Origin: the human T2T-CHM13v2.0 reference genome, Homo sapiens
DNA length: 64,000 nt
Direction: 5' to 3' (one strand)
Assembly: GCF_009914755.1 (NCBI RefSeq)
Contig: NC_060934.1
The first letter of the stretch is position 1. Each line of letters opens with the position of its first letter. Under the pieces are notes generated by a model. That model worked only from the letters and a program-made list of their open reading frames with translations. It did no database searches and was not told the origin of the DNA. Below, in pieces: positions 63,260-64,000 of this stretch. A program made the translations under genes and the position numbers.

Positions 63260-63830
63260 ATCACACTAGAATAGATCAAACTTGTTACAACTGAGATTTA
63301 ACCTAAAGTGGAAGGAATTCCAATTAAAAAGGTAAACAAGACTTTCGTGGGCTTTGCCAAGCCAAACTATAGCAATTAACAGGCAAGAGGAGCACGAAAT
63401 AGCTGGGACCATTTTTGAAAGAACTGTCAACAAGAAGGACTTCCCTATAAAAAGTTGTACTAATTAAAAGCATGCAGGAATTGATTTTTTAAAAGATCTG
63501 CAGAAAAGAATAGATTGTCTCAAAAAAACCCGTGCCGCTGGGAATGTTGTGTTGAGATACAGACTTGGTGGGAAGATGGGACACGTTGAATAAATGGTGC
63601 CGATCAATTGACCGTCCGCTTGGGAAATCGATGAACTTAGATCCCTGCTCTACACCTTAATTCCGGATGGATTAAAGGATAACCCTTAAAACTCTACCAT
63701 AAAGATGAAGGTGGGGGCTCCATGCCCGCGTGGGGACTGGGGCAGGTGTCTCAGCCACAGGGGAAACTGATACATGTGACTATATGGAAATTAAAACTTT
63801 TGCCTGACAGAAGCCACCACAGGCAAAACG
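63260..63830 (+). mobile_element. Degenerate L1M ORF2 3' fragment
   Basis: aagaatagattgtctcaaaaaaaccc; aataaatggtgc; gaacttagatccctgctctacacc; ggatggattaaag; aaattaaaacttttgc. Confidence 0.65.
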
Positions 63831-63835
63831 GAAAG

Positions 63836-64000
63836 GCCAGCCCCAGGCCAGCAGGAGCACGTGTTCACCACAGACGGGGGTTACTCAATCTCCAGAACTC
63901 ACAAGGAGGCCCCAGGCCAGCAGGAGCACACACCATATTCACCGCAGATGGGGGTTACTCATTCTCCAGAACTCACAGGGAGGCCCCAGGACGACAGGAG
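63836..64000. repeat. ~70-75-bp tandem repeat running off the window end
   Basis: ccccaggccagcaggagcac...ttcacc.cagaygggggttactca.tctccagaactcaca x2, then the start of a third unit. Confidence 0.85.

Noticed and set aside
62635-63274. Pentapeptide-repeat ORFs (QSPHG, CGDWP, GIGRV) in all frames
   Set aside because: 15-bp stop-free tandem repeat; not a gene.

Overview
Human (primate) genomic DNA, recognisable from four internal coding exons of INPP5A (type I inositol-1,4,5-trisphosphate 5-phosphatase, subtelomeric 10q26.3). The exons lie on the + strand at 29741-29804, 37165-37268, 47663-47715 and 49687-49806 and are probably exons 5-8. All have GT-AG boundaries and splice in frame. The rest of the window is intron: Alus, old L1M fragments, a solo LTR12C, MaLR LTRs, an HERV-L pol remnant, more than 15 minisatellites (including a ~4.3 kb 51-bp VNTR) and several AT-rich, homeobox-motif-rich islands that look like conserved enhancers. 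Almost all ORFs in the supplied track are artefacts of repeats or GC-rich DNA. I see no new protein-coding system. The most unusual signals are: (1) an apparent HERV-L/THE1A recombinant provirus with a 5-bp TSD, later scrambled by a ~700-bp inversion; (2) a minisatellite built from the exon's own 5' splice site, directly behind an in-frame stop; (3) a 51-bp VNTR with higher-order structure; (4) an array of enhancer-like islands that may serve the neighbouring NKX6-2. Repeat subfamily names come from recalled consensus sequences and need RepeatMasker/Dfam confirmation.
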